Positions 45,195 through 53,037 of a stretch of 64,000 bases of DNA are shown here, one piece after another. Made by a program: the position numbers and the translations under genes. Each line of letters opens with the position of its first letter. Position 1 is the first letter of the stretch. The notes beneath the pieces are model-generated. The model did not search any database. It was given only the letters and a program-made list of their open reading frames with translations, and was not told the DNA's origin. The DNA is from Parcubacteria group bacterium Gr01-1014_31 (GTDB taxonomy: Bacteria > Patescibacteriota > Patescibacteriia > Buchananbacterales > GWA2-38-13), in assembly GCA_007376135.1 (NCBI GenBank), contig VMFR01000001.1, positions 142,554-206,553 of the forward strand. The letters are read 5' to 3'.

Positions 45195-45674
45195 TCAAGG
45201 GATATTACCCTCTTGGACGAGGTCGCCGACGGCGAGGCCCGCGCGCTCCGCGAACCCGGCGGGCACCTCCAGGACGGCATCAACGTCCACGGCGGGACGG
45301 TACAGCGGCAACGGGCCGCTGCCGGACGGCGGCGGCACGTCGGCCGTGATCTGGACGATCTTGCCCCCGCGGATCCAAAGAAAATCCAGCGGCATGAGCA
45401 TATCTTTCATCCAAAATTGCGGACGTTGCGGCGGCACGAACGGAAAAAGCATGCCGCTCCCGTCCGCCAGGCGGGCGCGACCAGACAAACCCCGCGCCTT
45501 GCGTTCGATGGTATCGGCGATTTCCGCCTGTACCACGGCCCGCCCGATATTCAACGTGACCATAGATAATGGAGGGTCGGCCTGAGGACGCGCTCGCAGT
45601 GTGAGCCAGGCGAACGGCAGCAAAGCCACGAGCGCCGCTCCGGCGATTCCCATAGTGCGTCCCTGCATACGCAT
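45195..45674 (-). CDS. DUF192 domain protein (secreted)
   Basis: Signal peptide followed by the DUF192 signature (GMLFPFVPPQRPQFWMKDMLMPLDFLWIRGGKIV...AVLEVPAGFAERAGLAVGDLV). Confidence 0.6.
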   Translation of the reverse strand: MRMQGRTMGIAGAALVALLPFAWLTLRARPQADPPLSMVTLNIGRAVVQAEIADTIERKARGLSGRARLADGSGMLFPFVPPQRPQFWMKDMLMPLDFLWIRGGKIVQITADVPPPSGSGPLPLYRPAVDVDAVLEVPAGFAERAGLAVGDLVQEGNIP

Positions 45675-46705
45675 TAGGCGCTTCGGGGTTTCCTGCTCCA
45701 GCGCAACAGCCACGTTACGAGTACCACGAGCGCTGCCAGCGCGGCAAGCTTTCCTTTCGGCGAGGCCACCAGCGCCGCCATGCCAAATCCCGCCGAAAGG
45801 GAAGAAAGCAGGGCAACCACCTGGCGCGGCGACCACCCCCGTTCGATCAAGCGGAAATGCAAATGGCGCCGGTCGCCGCGGGCGATCTTGGCGCCGTGCC
45901 GGATACGTTCCACGATCACCCAGGCGGCATCGGCCACCGGCACGCCCATGACCAGCAACGCGGTCGTGATCTTGCTGCCAGAAACTATCGCCAGCAGCCC
46001 GAGCGTGAAGCCGGTAAAGACGCTCCCCCCTTCACCCAGGAACAATCGCGCGGGACTCAAGTTATGGGGCAAAAAGCCGATACAGCTGCCCGCGAACGCC
46101 AACGCCAATACGCCGGTGGCGGCTGACGGCGCGTCCCAGGCTAGACTCACTCCAAAAATAATCAACCCCCCGACCGCGCTGATGCTGGAAACCAGCCCGT
46201 CGAGTCCGTCCAGAAGCTTGGTCGTGTACATCATCCCGACCAGCCAGACGAACGTGAGCCAACCGGAGATCCACCACGGCACAGAGAAAACTCCGCCCAA
46301 GGGGTTGGTGACCAACTCGATGCGTACGCCGCCAGCGAGCACGACCGAGGCGGCAACCAGCGGCCCGAGCAATTGCGCCGCCGGCGGTAGGCGAAAACGG
46401 TCGTCAATGAATCCGACCGCCATCAGCACGGCGCTGCCGAGTCCGGCGGCGATCAACACGCCGGCGGTACTGTGCTCGTCCGGCAGCCAGCCCGCATTCC
46501 ATAAGAATATGGCGGCGCCCAGTACGCTGCCCCACAGCGCCAATCCGCCCAGCAAGGGAACCGGCCGGGCGTGCTGTTTCCTTCCGGCATCGGGCTGGTC
46601 CACCGCGCCGACCCGCCGCGCCAATGCGCTGACAAAAAATGAAAGCGCCCACGAGGTGAGCGCCGCGCCACCGAGTACCGCCAGATAGAACCACCAACGG
46701 GACAT
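45674..46705 (-). CDS. glycosyltransferase family 4 polyprenyl-phosphate N-acetylhexosamine-1-phosphate transferase (MraY/WecA-like)
   Basis: Ten-TM protein with VDQPDAGRKQHARPVPLLGG, typical of WecA/MraY cytoplasmic loop 1. Confidence 0.65.
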   Translation of the reverse strand: MSRWWFYLAVLGGAALTSWALSFFVSALARRVGAVDQPDAGRKQHARPVPLLGGLALWGSVLGAAIFLWNAGWLPDEHSTAGVLIAAGLGSAVLMAVGFIDDRFRLPPAAQLLGPLVAASVVLAGGVRIELVTNPLGGVFSVPWWISGWLTFVWLVGMMYTTKLLDGLDGLVSSISAVGGLIIFGVSLAWDAPSAATGVLALAFAGSCIGFLPHNLSPARLFLGEGGSVFTGFTLGLLAIVSGSKITTALLVMGVPVADAAWVIVERIRHGAKIARGDRRHLHFRLIERGWSPRQVVALLSSLSAGFGMAALVASPKGKLAALAALVVLVTWLLRWSRKPRSA

Positions 46706-46715
46706 AGCATCCGCG

Positions 46716-49499
46716 CTAGAGTACAGCCGGTTTTTTGACCGTCACTGAACCCCCGACGTCAAGGACGATCGTATCGCGCCGCTGTAGTTCGCCGCGGAGG
46801 ATCTTGGTAGCGATCACGTCGTCTACCCGCTCCTGGATGACGCGCCGCAGCGGTCGGGCGCCGTACTGCGGGTCGAATCCCGCGGCAGCCAGCTCATCGA
46901 TCGCCGCCTCGGTTGGCTGCAGCGCGATACCCTTGGCTTCCAAATGTTCCCCGACCTCTGCCAGCATCAAACGGGTGATCTGCCGCACTTCCTTGCGGCC
47001 CAGCGGTTTGAATACGACCACGCTGTCGAAGCGATTCAAAAATTCAGGTCGAAAGTGCTGCTGCAGCTCGCCGCCCATCAGCTGCTCCTTGATCTCGGGC
47101 ACCGCTACCCCCGCACCGACCAAACGCTGGATCGTCGGCGTGCAGGCGTTCGACGTCGCAATTAAAATGACGTTGGTAAAATCGATCGTGCGGCCGACCG
47201 CGTCGGTCAAGCGCCCGTCATCCATAACTTGCAAAAAGAGGTTCAATATCTCGGGGTGGGCCTTTTCGATCTCATCCAACAGCACGAGGGCGAACGGCCG
47301 CCGCCGTACCGCCTCGGTCAGGTATCCCCCGCTCCCAGCGCCGGAAAACCCGGGCGGGGCGCCGAGCAAGCGGTTCACCGAGGACTGCTCCTGGTACTCG
47401 GACATATCCAGGCGGATCATCTCACTCCCCCGGCCGAAGTACACCGCCGCCACGGTCTTGGCCAGCTCGGTCTTCCCTACCCCGGTCGGACCGAGAAACA
47501 GCAGGTTGACGATCGGGCGCCGGGTATCCCGCAATTCGGCGCGTGCGCGGCGGATGGCTGCGGACACGACGGTCACCGCCTCCTCCTGGTCCACCACGCG
47601 CTGATGGATATCGTCTTCCAGACGAAGCAGTTTCTCGCTTTCCTGCTGGGTTACGTCGGTCAGCGGGATATTGGTTTTCTCCGAAACCGTGCGGGCGACA
47701 TCCTGCCCGCCGACGTTCGCCTGCCTCCCCTTTTCGTTCAAGACGCGTACCGCCGTCTCATCCAAAATTTCTATCGCTTTTTCCGGTAGGAACCGGTCGT
47801 GCAGGTAGCGGCTACTCAAGGCAACGGCCTGTGCCAGCGCATCATAAGTAAAGAATACCTGGTAGCGCGCCTCCAACGGCCCGGCCTTGGCCTCCAGGAT
47901 CTGGATGGCGGCGTTCGCTTCCGGTTCTTCGATGTCCACCTTCTCCATCACCTGCCCGAGCGCGTGATTCTCCAGATATCGGGCGTAGTCCGCCGGCAAG
48001 GCAGTGGCAATGACCTGCAGGCCAGTCTGCGTCATAGCTTGGGCCAGCGCCCCGGCCAGGTCGAGCGCCGCCCCCCCGCCGGAGGTAATGCCAACCATCT
48101 TGGTGATGTCGTTGAAGAAAACGATGATGTTGCCGGAACGCTGCGCTTCCGACAAACAGTGCAGCAAGCGCTCCTGGGCCTCGCTCGGGCTGACCCCGCT
48201 GATCAGGCGCGCGACGCTGATGGAAACCAGCCGTTTGTCCTGCAGCATCGGCGGCACCTCTTCGGCGACCATGCGGCGCGCGATGCCATTGATAATGGCT
48301 CGCTTGCCGATGCCGGGATTACCCACCAGCAGCACATTCTGGCGCGCACCGGCGGCCAGGACGCGGAACATCTCGGCCACCTCGCGCTCGCGATCCTGGC
48401 ACGGTTCCAGGAATCCGACTTTCGCCAGTTGGGTCAGGTCCTGGCTGAAGTGGTCCAAGAACGGCGTTGCTACCGCGGTCATCGTCCGGTTGACCCCGGT
48501 GTGTTTGGAGCGATACGCGGCCTTGCGGCTGAACTGTTGCCCATGCTCCCGCTGTTCGCGCCGTACGCGCAGCCATACCGTAACGTTGGCGATCTTGTCG
48601 CCGTCGACGTTCAGATCGTAGAGCAGTTCGCGAACCAACTCGGAGGTCTTCACGCAGGCCTCCAGCAGTTCCGGCAAGTCGACCTTCTTCTGGCGTCCGA
48701 TGAACGCCTGGGCGTAGGCGGCCAGCAGCACCTCCCGCAATTCCGCCGACATGGATAAACGATTCCCCGTCGGCACCGCGTACCGGGGAAGGAGTTTAAT
48801 GATGCGCCGCCGCAGCTGGTCGAAGGAAACCCCCAGGCGGACGAACATCTCCGCAGTGGCCGGGAAGGTTAGGATGGAGACCAGTAAGTGTAGCGGCGCG
48901 ACGACCTGATGATTTCCGCGGCGGGCCAGCAGCCACGCCTTTTCGACCGCCGCGACCGCCGGTGCGCTGTAAAACTGGGCCAAGTCGAACTGCCGTACGC
49001 GGGGCACCTTCACGGCCGCTTCCCAGCGGTCCGGCAACGGCGATGGCTCGGCCTCGCGCGCGGCGCGACGCGGCAGATGCCGGATCTTGGACAGCTCCAT
49101 CGCAAAGTGAAAGACCAGGTAGCTGTCCGACAACACCGACATCCAGAACGTCAGCATCCCGACGCTCTCGCGGCGGTAAAACTGCCACAGCGGGTAACCC
49201 GCCTGGTTCAGGCGGGAAAGCTCCCACAGCAGGCTCCCCGCCCCCAGCGCCGCGAAACACAACAGCAGCGTCAAGACCGCATGCTCCGCGATCGTGAATA
49301 CCTGGCGCTGCCGCAAGTGCCAATCATCGATAGCGCGGCCCCAATACAACAGCCAGTCTCCCTGGCGCCCGACCACGGCGCGTCCGCGGCAAGTAGAACA
49401 CCACGACTCACCGGTCACCCCCGCGCCCTCGCAGGTCGGGCAGCGGTACGCGGTCACCAGCGGCGGGTCTTTCGGCCTAGGTGCCATACGGGGCAACAA
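46716..49499 (-). CDS. membrane-anchored Clp/Hsp100-family AAA+ protein with N-terminal C4 zinc ribbon and degenerate D1 ATPase module
   Basis: N-terminus CPTCEGAG..CSTCRG, then two predicted TM helices. Clp_N repeat region follows. D1 reads GNPGIGKRAI with Walker B FFNDITKM in place of GxPGxGKT/DE. D2 is canonical ([24 protein letters not shown]). No long ClpB-type M-domain. Confidence 0.65.
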   Translation of the reverse strand: MLPRMAPRPKDPPLVTAYRCPTCEGAGVTGESWCSTCRGRAVVGRQGDWLLYWGRAIDDWHLRQRQVFTIAEHAVLTLLLCFAALGAGSLLWELSRLNQAGYPLWQFYRRESVGMLTFWMSVLSDSYLVFHFAMELSKIRHLPRRAAREAEPSPLPDRWEAAVKVPRVRQFDLAQFYSAPAVAAVEKAWLLARRGNHQVVAPLHLLVSILTFPATAEMFVRLGVSFDQLRRRIIKLLPRYAVPTGNRLSMSAELREVLLAAYAQAFIGRQKKVDLPELLEACVKTSELVRELLYDLNVDGDKIANVTVWLRVRREQREHGQQFSRKAAYRSKHTGVNRTMTAVATPFLDHFSQDLTQLAKVGFLEPCQDREREVAEMFRVLAAGARQNVLLVGNPGIGKRAIINGIARRMVAEEVPPMLQDKRLVSISVARLISGVSPSEAQERLLHCLSEAQRSGNIIVFFNDITKMVGITSGGGAALDLAGALAQAMTQTGLQVIATALPADYARYLENHALGQVMEKVDIEEPEANAAIQILEAKAGPLEARYQVFFTYDALAQAVALSSRYLHDRFLPEKAIEILDETAVRVLNEKGRQANVGGQDVARTVSEKTNIPLTDVTQQESEKLLRLEDDIHQRVVDQEEAVTVVSAAIRRARAELRDTRRPIVNLLFLGPTGVGKTELAKTVAAVYFGRGSEMIRLDMSEYQEQSSVNRLLGAPPGFSGAGSGGYLTEAVRRRPFALVLLDEIEKAHPEILNLFLQVMDDGRLTDAVGRTIDFTNVILIATSNACTPTIQRLVGAGVAVPEIKEQLMGGELQQHFRPEFLNRFDSVVVFKPLGRKEVRQITRLMLAEVGEHLEAKGIALQPTEAAIDELAAAGFDPQYGARPLRRVIQERVDDVIATKILRGELQRRDTIVLDVGGSVTVKKPAVL

Positions 49500-49938
49500 G
49501 CCAGGGAATCGTCACGAAATAGGCGAAATTACGCCAGATGAAATAGCCGGCGGCGATCGGGGCGGCGATCCACACGGCGGCAACTGCCAACACGATCAGC
49601 AGCCACAACACCAAAAGCAGCGTGCGTCCCGCACCAACGAACAACCGCATGACGAAACTGATGATCCTCCCCTCCCAGTCGTACTGGCCGTACATCGGTA
49701 CAAAGAGGTTGCGCCACCAGAGGCCGACCCCCAAGCGGTGTTCCTCCTCCAGGATGACCGAAGCGAGGCTCGTCACCAACTGCCGCAAGCCGAAGCTGTA
49801 CCACCACAGCGGCCAAAAGAGCACTCGCCCGACCAGGTCCACGGCGAATATTTTTAGCGATGAAAGCGCGACGCTGTGGCTCATACCTTTCTGATTATAC
49901 CACAAAACTATCCCTCCCGGATGGCCCCTATGCGTCAC
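49477..49938 (-). CDS. hypothetical small membrane protein (153 aa)
   Basis: About four TM helices. Its 3' end overlaps the Clp-like gene start by 23 nt and it starts 12 nt after the tgt stop. Confidence 0.4.
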   Translation of the reverse strand: MTHRGHPGGIVLWYNQKGMSHSVALSSLKIFAVDLVGRVLFWPLWWYSFGLRQLVTSLASVILEEEHRLGVGLWWRNLFVPMYGQYDWEGRIISFVMRLFVGAGRTLLLVLWLLIVLAVAAVWIAAPIAAGYFIWRNFAYFVTIPWLVAPYGT

Positions 49939-49950
49939 AAATGCCGATAC

Positions 49951-51054
49951 CTACAGCGCGCCCGTCCGTATTGCCCGACGCAACCGTTCCATCAGATCGA
50001 GGTAGAACCGCAGATTGTGCAGCGTCGCCAACCGCGCCCCAAGCGGCTCACCCACCTTATACAAATGGTGGAGATATGCCAGCGTGTAGCGTCGGCACAG
50101 CAGGCAGGAGCAGCGCCGGTCAGGCGGGGCGAATCGCCGCCGGTTTCCCGCGTTCTTGATCGCCACCGTCCGGTAAAATCCTTTGGCGCGGAATGTCGGA
50201 ACGCCGCCCGACCACACGTAGAGGCGCCCGTGACGTGCCTCGCGGGTCGGTATCACGCAGTCGAACATATCCACGCCGAGCCGGACGGCAGCGACGATCT
50301 CCTCGGGCCGACCCACGCCCATCAGGTAGCGCGGCAGGCTTTCGGGCAGGAGCGGGAGCACGTTCCGCAACGTCGAGAGCATCTGCGACCGCTGCTCCCC
50401 CACCGCTAGTCCGCCGATCGCGAATCCGTCAAAAGGTAAAGCCGTGAGCTCTGCCGCAGACCGGCGGCGCAGCTCCGGATACACTCCGCCCTGCACGATA
50501 CCGAACATCAGTGGCCGCCGTTGCCCTATCGGCCGATACCGTACGGACTGGCGCGCCCACCGCGTGGTGCGGTCCACCGCAGCCGCCACTTGCTGCCGCG
50601 TTGCGCCATAGCCGACGCACTCGTCCAATACCATAATAATGTCGGCTCCCAGCTTGCGCTGGATGGAGATCGCGCGTCGGGGGGACAGCATCGAAACCGC
50701 GCCGCTGAGGGGGTCGCGGAAACGGACGCCCCGGTCGGTGATCTGCCGATAGCGCGCCAAAGAGAAGACCTGGAATCCCCCGGAATCGGTCAAAATGGGC
50801 TTCCGCCAGCCCATCATCTTGTGCAACCCGCCCGCCGCGGCAACGATCGCTTCGCCGGGACGCTGGGACAGGTGGTAGGTATTCGCCAGCACCGCATCCG
50901 CACCCATTTCTCCGACCTCCGCGGCCGTCAAGTGTTTGACGGCCCCGCGCGTGGCGATCGGCATAAAAAAAGGCCCCGGGATGGTGCCATGCGGGGTTGA
51001 CAAGCGCGTCAACCGTGCGCCAGAAATCTTAGAAACCTTCAGCAGTTTGAACAT
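49951..51054 (-). CDS. tgt: queuine tRNA-ribosyltransferase
   Basis: LTDSGGFQVFSL catalytic Asp motif and a C-terminal zinc site (CSCLLCRRYTLAYLHHL). Confidence 0.9.
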   Translation of the reverse strand: MFKLLKVSKISGARLTRLSTPHGTIPGPFFMPIATRGAVKHLTAAEVGEMGADAVLANTYHLSQRPGEAIVAAAGGLHKMMGWRKPILTDSGGFQVFSLARYRQITDRGVRFRDPLSGAVSMLSPRRAISIQRKLGADIIMVLDECVGYGATRQQVAAAVDRTTRWARQSVRYRPIGQRRPLMFGIVQGGVYPELRRRSAAELTALPFDGFAIGGLAVGEQRSQMLSTLRNVLPLLPESLPRYLMGVGRPEEIVAAVRLGVDMFDCVIPTREARHGRLYVWSGGVPTFRAKGFYRTVAIKNAGNRRRFAPPDRRCSCLLCRRYTLAYLHHLYKVGEPLGARLATLHNLRFYLDLMERLRRAIRTGAL

Positions 51055-51063
51055 CGGAACTCG

Positions 51064-53037
51064 TCATTGCCCGATCTCCACCACCAGGCCGCGCCCACCG
51101 CCGAACGGGTCATCCTCCAGATTGGAGGTAATGCTGCGCTTCAGGCCCACCACCGTGGAGTCCGTGACGGCGTCGTTCGCCGTCAGGCTGGTCTCGCTCG
51201 TCAGCAGTAAAAGTTTGCCTACCTGTTCTTGGGTGGGGGTCACGGCCATATCGAACCAGGCATTGACATCTTCGGCGGTCTGCTTGGCGGTGATGATGGG
51301 TATGGTCCAGGTGATACGCCGCTCCTTGGCATCGTAAGTCAGTTGGCCGGTCGTCGCCAAGAATTTCCCTTCCCAGACCACGTCCGCCGCCAATACTGTA
51401 CTGACCGTCACTTCCTTGACATCATGCAGGCTATTGCCCAGCGACCAATAGATGCGAAAACTTGTTCTCTCCCCCACCACCGGCGGTAGCGGACCGGACC
51501 CGACCGCAATGTTGTCGTCGTTAAAGTACCGACCCTCGGCTTTTAGCTCCAGCGCCGTATTCACGGAATTCGTGATGGTGCCGCTGCTCACTTCCTGTCC
51601 GGCGGAAAGACCGTTGATCGCGCCGATGACCACGCGCGCCGTGCTCACCGTCGCCAGGTCCCGCGTTTCGTCATCGATCGTTTCCGGCGCGACCAGCTGA
51701 AGACTGAAATCCAGCGTTCCTTCGGCCAGAGGTCCGAGCGCGGCCAATTCAGGTATCACATCCTTTGCCCAACGGATGGTATTATCGCTGACGGTACCGA
51801 GGTTTTTGTCGACGATGGTTTTGAGATCGACCACCGATGAATCAATGGAAGCCTCGATCAGCACATCCTCCAGGGTTTCCTGGCCCAAATTCTTATAGAC
51901 GATGCGGTAATTGAGGGTATCGCCGAGGTTGACCGGCTGGTCCGCGGACTGCCCATTGATAATGAGGTTGACCTGCAGCGACGGGCGCACCAACACGGTG
52001 GTCAGGCGCTGCTCCTGCTGCAGCGAAAACCCGCCGGTCTCATCGATCAGGCCGATGTGGGCGGTTAATACTTGTTCAGTGAAAGCCGCGTCCCCGGTCG
52101 CACCGCCGAACCCGCCCGTGATCTTGATAACGCCCTGGGCTTTGGCGCCCAGGGTCGTAAAATACCAACGGCTGTTCGGGTCCTTGCCGGTCAGACCGCT
52201 GAAATTAGCCACACTCGCCGGTGGCGATTTTGGCGCCGGCTCAGAGGTCCTGAAGATGAAGCCCGGCGGGTAATCCACCTGGATCAGCACGCCTTCGTAT
52301 GGTTTTTCCGCCGTATTTTCATAACTGATCTCGTAGCTGGACTCGCGGTCGGGCACCGCGCGTTCCGGCCCGTTGACCGACAGGTTCAGGATCGACGATG
52401 TGATCTGGAACGTTTTGGAAAAATCATCCTTGAACGTCGAACTGAAATTCTGCGGCCGGTAGTTCACGGTTCCCGCCAGCGTCTTCAGCCCCCCGACCGG
52501 ACCGACCACTTTCGCCGTCAGCTTGATCTCGCCGCCGTCGCCGGGCGCGAGCGCATTGATGCGCCAGCTGTTCGTATACTGATTGACCGGCGCGGGAACT
52601 GCGGACACGAACGTGAACCCTTCGGGGTAGCGTAGCGTCAGTTCGACCGAAGAGACCGCCACGCGGTCGGCGTTCCGATACTTCACGGTGTAGGCGACCT
52701 CTTCGCCGGAAGCGAGCTCCTTGGGCGCGACGATCTCCACGCGCACGCTGGACGGGTTCTCGCCGGCCCCAGCGCCGTCCCGGACGGTGCCGACCAGCCA
52801 TATCGAAGTAGCCGCCGTTGCCGCCACCAGCAGCGCCCAAGCCAGCAAACGCTTGGTCCAATTGATGTGGTAGATCTGCAGCCGCGACACATCGGGCACC
52901 TGCCCGTTGCCGTCGCGATAGATCTTCAGCAACTCCGGGTCGAGCCCGTCGCGCCGATTGAAGTGTTTCAAGCGTCGTCGCTCCATAGCTGTAATGCGGT
53001 TACGGCGCGACCGTGATGGTGGTACCCCAGAATGCAT
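51064..53037 (-). CDS. DUF11 (conserved repeat domain) cell-surface protein with N-terminal TM anchor
   Basis: TM helix LLAWALLVAATAATSIWLV followed by repeated beta-sandwich modules (e.g. YTVKYRNADRVAVSSVELTLRYPEGFTFVSAVP). Confidence 0.5.
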   Translation of the reverse strand: MHSGVPPSRSRRNRITAMERRRLKHFNRRDGLDPELLKIYRDGNGQVPDVSRLQIYHINWTKRLLAWALLVAATAATSIWLVGTVRDGAGAGENPSSVRVEIVAPKELASGEEVAYTVKYRNADRVAVSSVELTLRYPEGFTFVSAVPAPVNQYTNSWRINALAPGDGGEIKLTAKVVGPVGGLKTLAGTVNYRPQNFSSTFKDDFSKTFQITSSILNLSVNGPERAVPDRESSYEISYENTAEKPYEGVLIQVDYPPGFIFRTSEPAPKSPPASVANFSGLTGKDPNSRWYFTTLGAKAQGVIKITGGFGGATGDAAFTEQVLTAHIGLIDETGGFSLQQEQRLTTVLVRPSLQVNLIINGQSADQPVNLGDTLNYRIVYKNLGQETLEDVLIEASIDSSVVDLKTIVDKNLGTVSDNTIRWAKDVIPELAALGPLAEGTLDFSLQLVAPETIDDETRDLATVSTARVVIGAINGLSAGQEVSSGTITNSVNTALELKAEGRYFNDDNIAVGSGPLPPVVGERTSFRIYWSLGNSLHDVKEVTVSTVLAADVVWEGKFLATTGQLTYDAKERRITWTIPIITAKQTAEDVNAWFDMAVTPTQEQVGKLLLLTSETSLTANDAVTDSTVVGLKRSITSNLEDDPFGGGRGLVVEIGQ

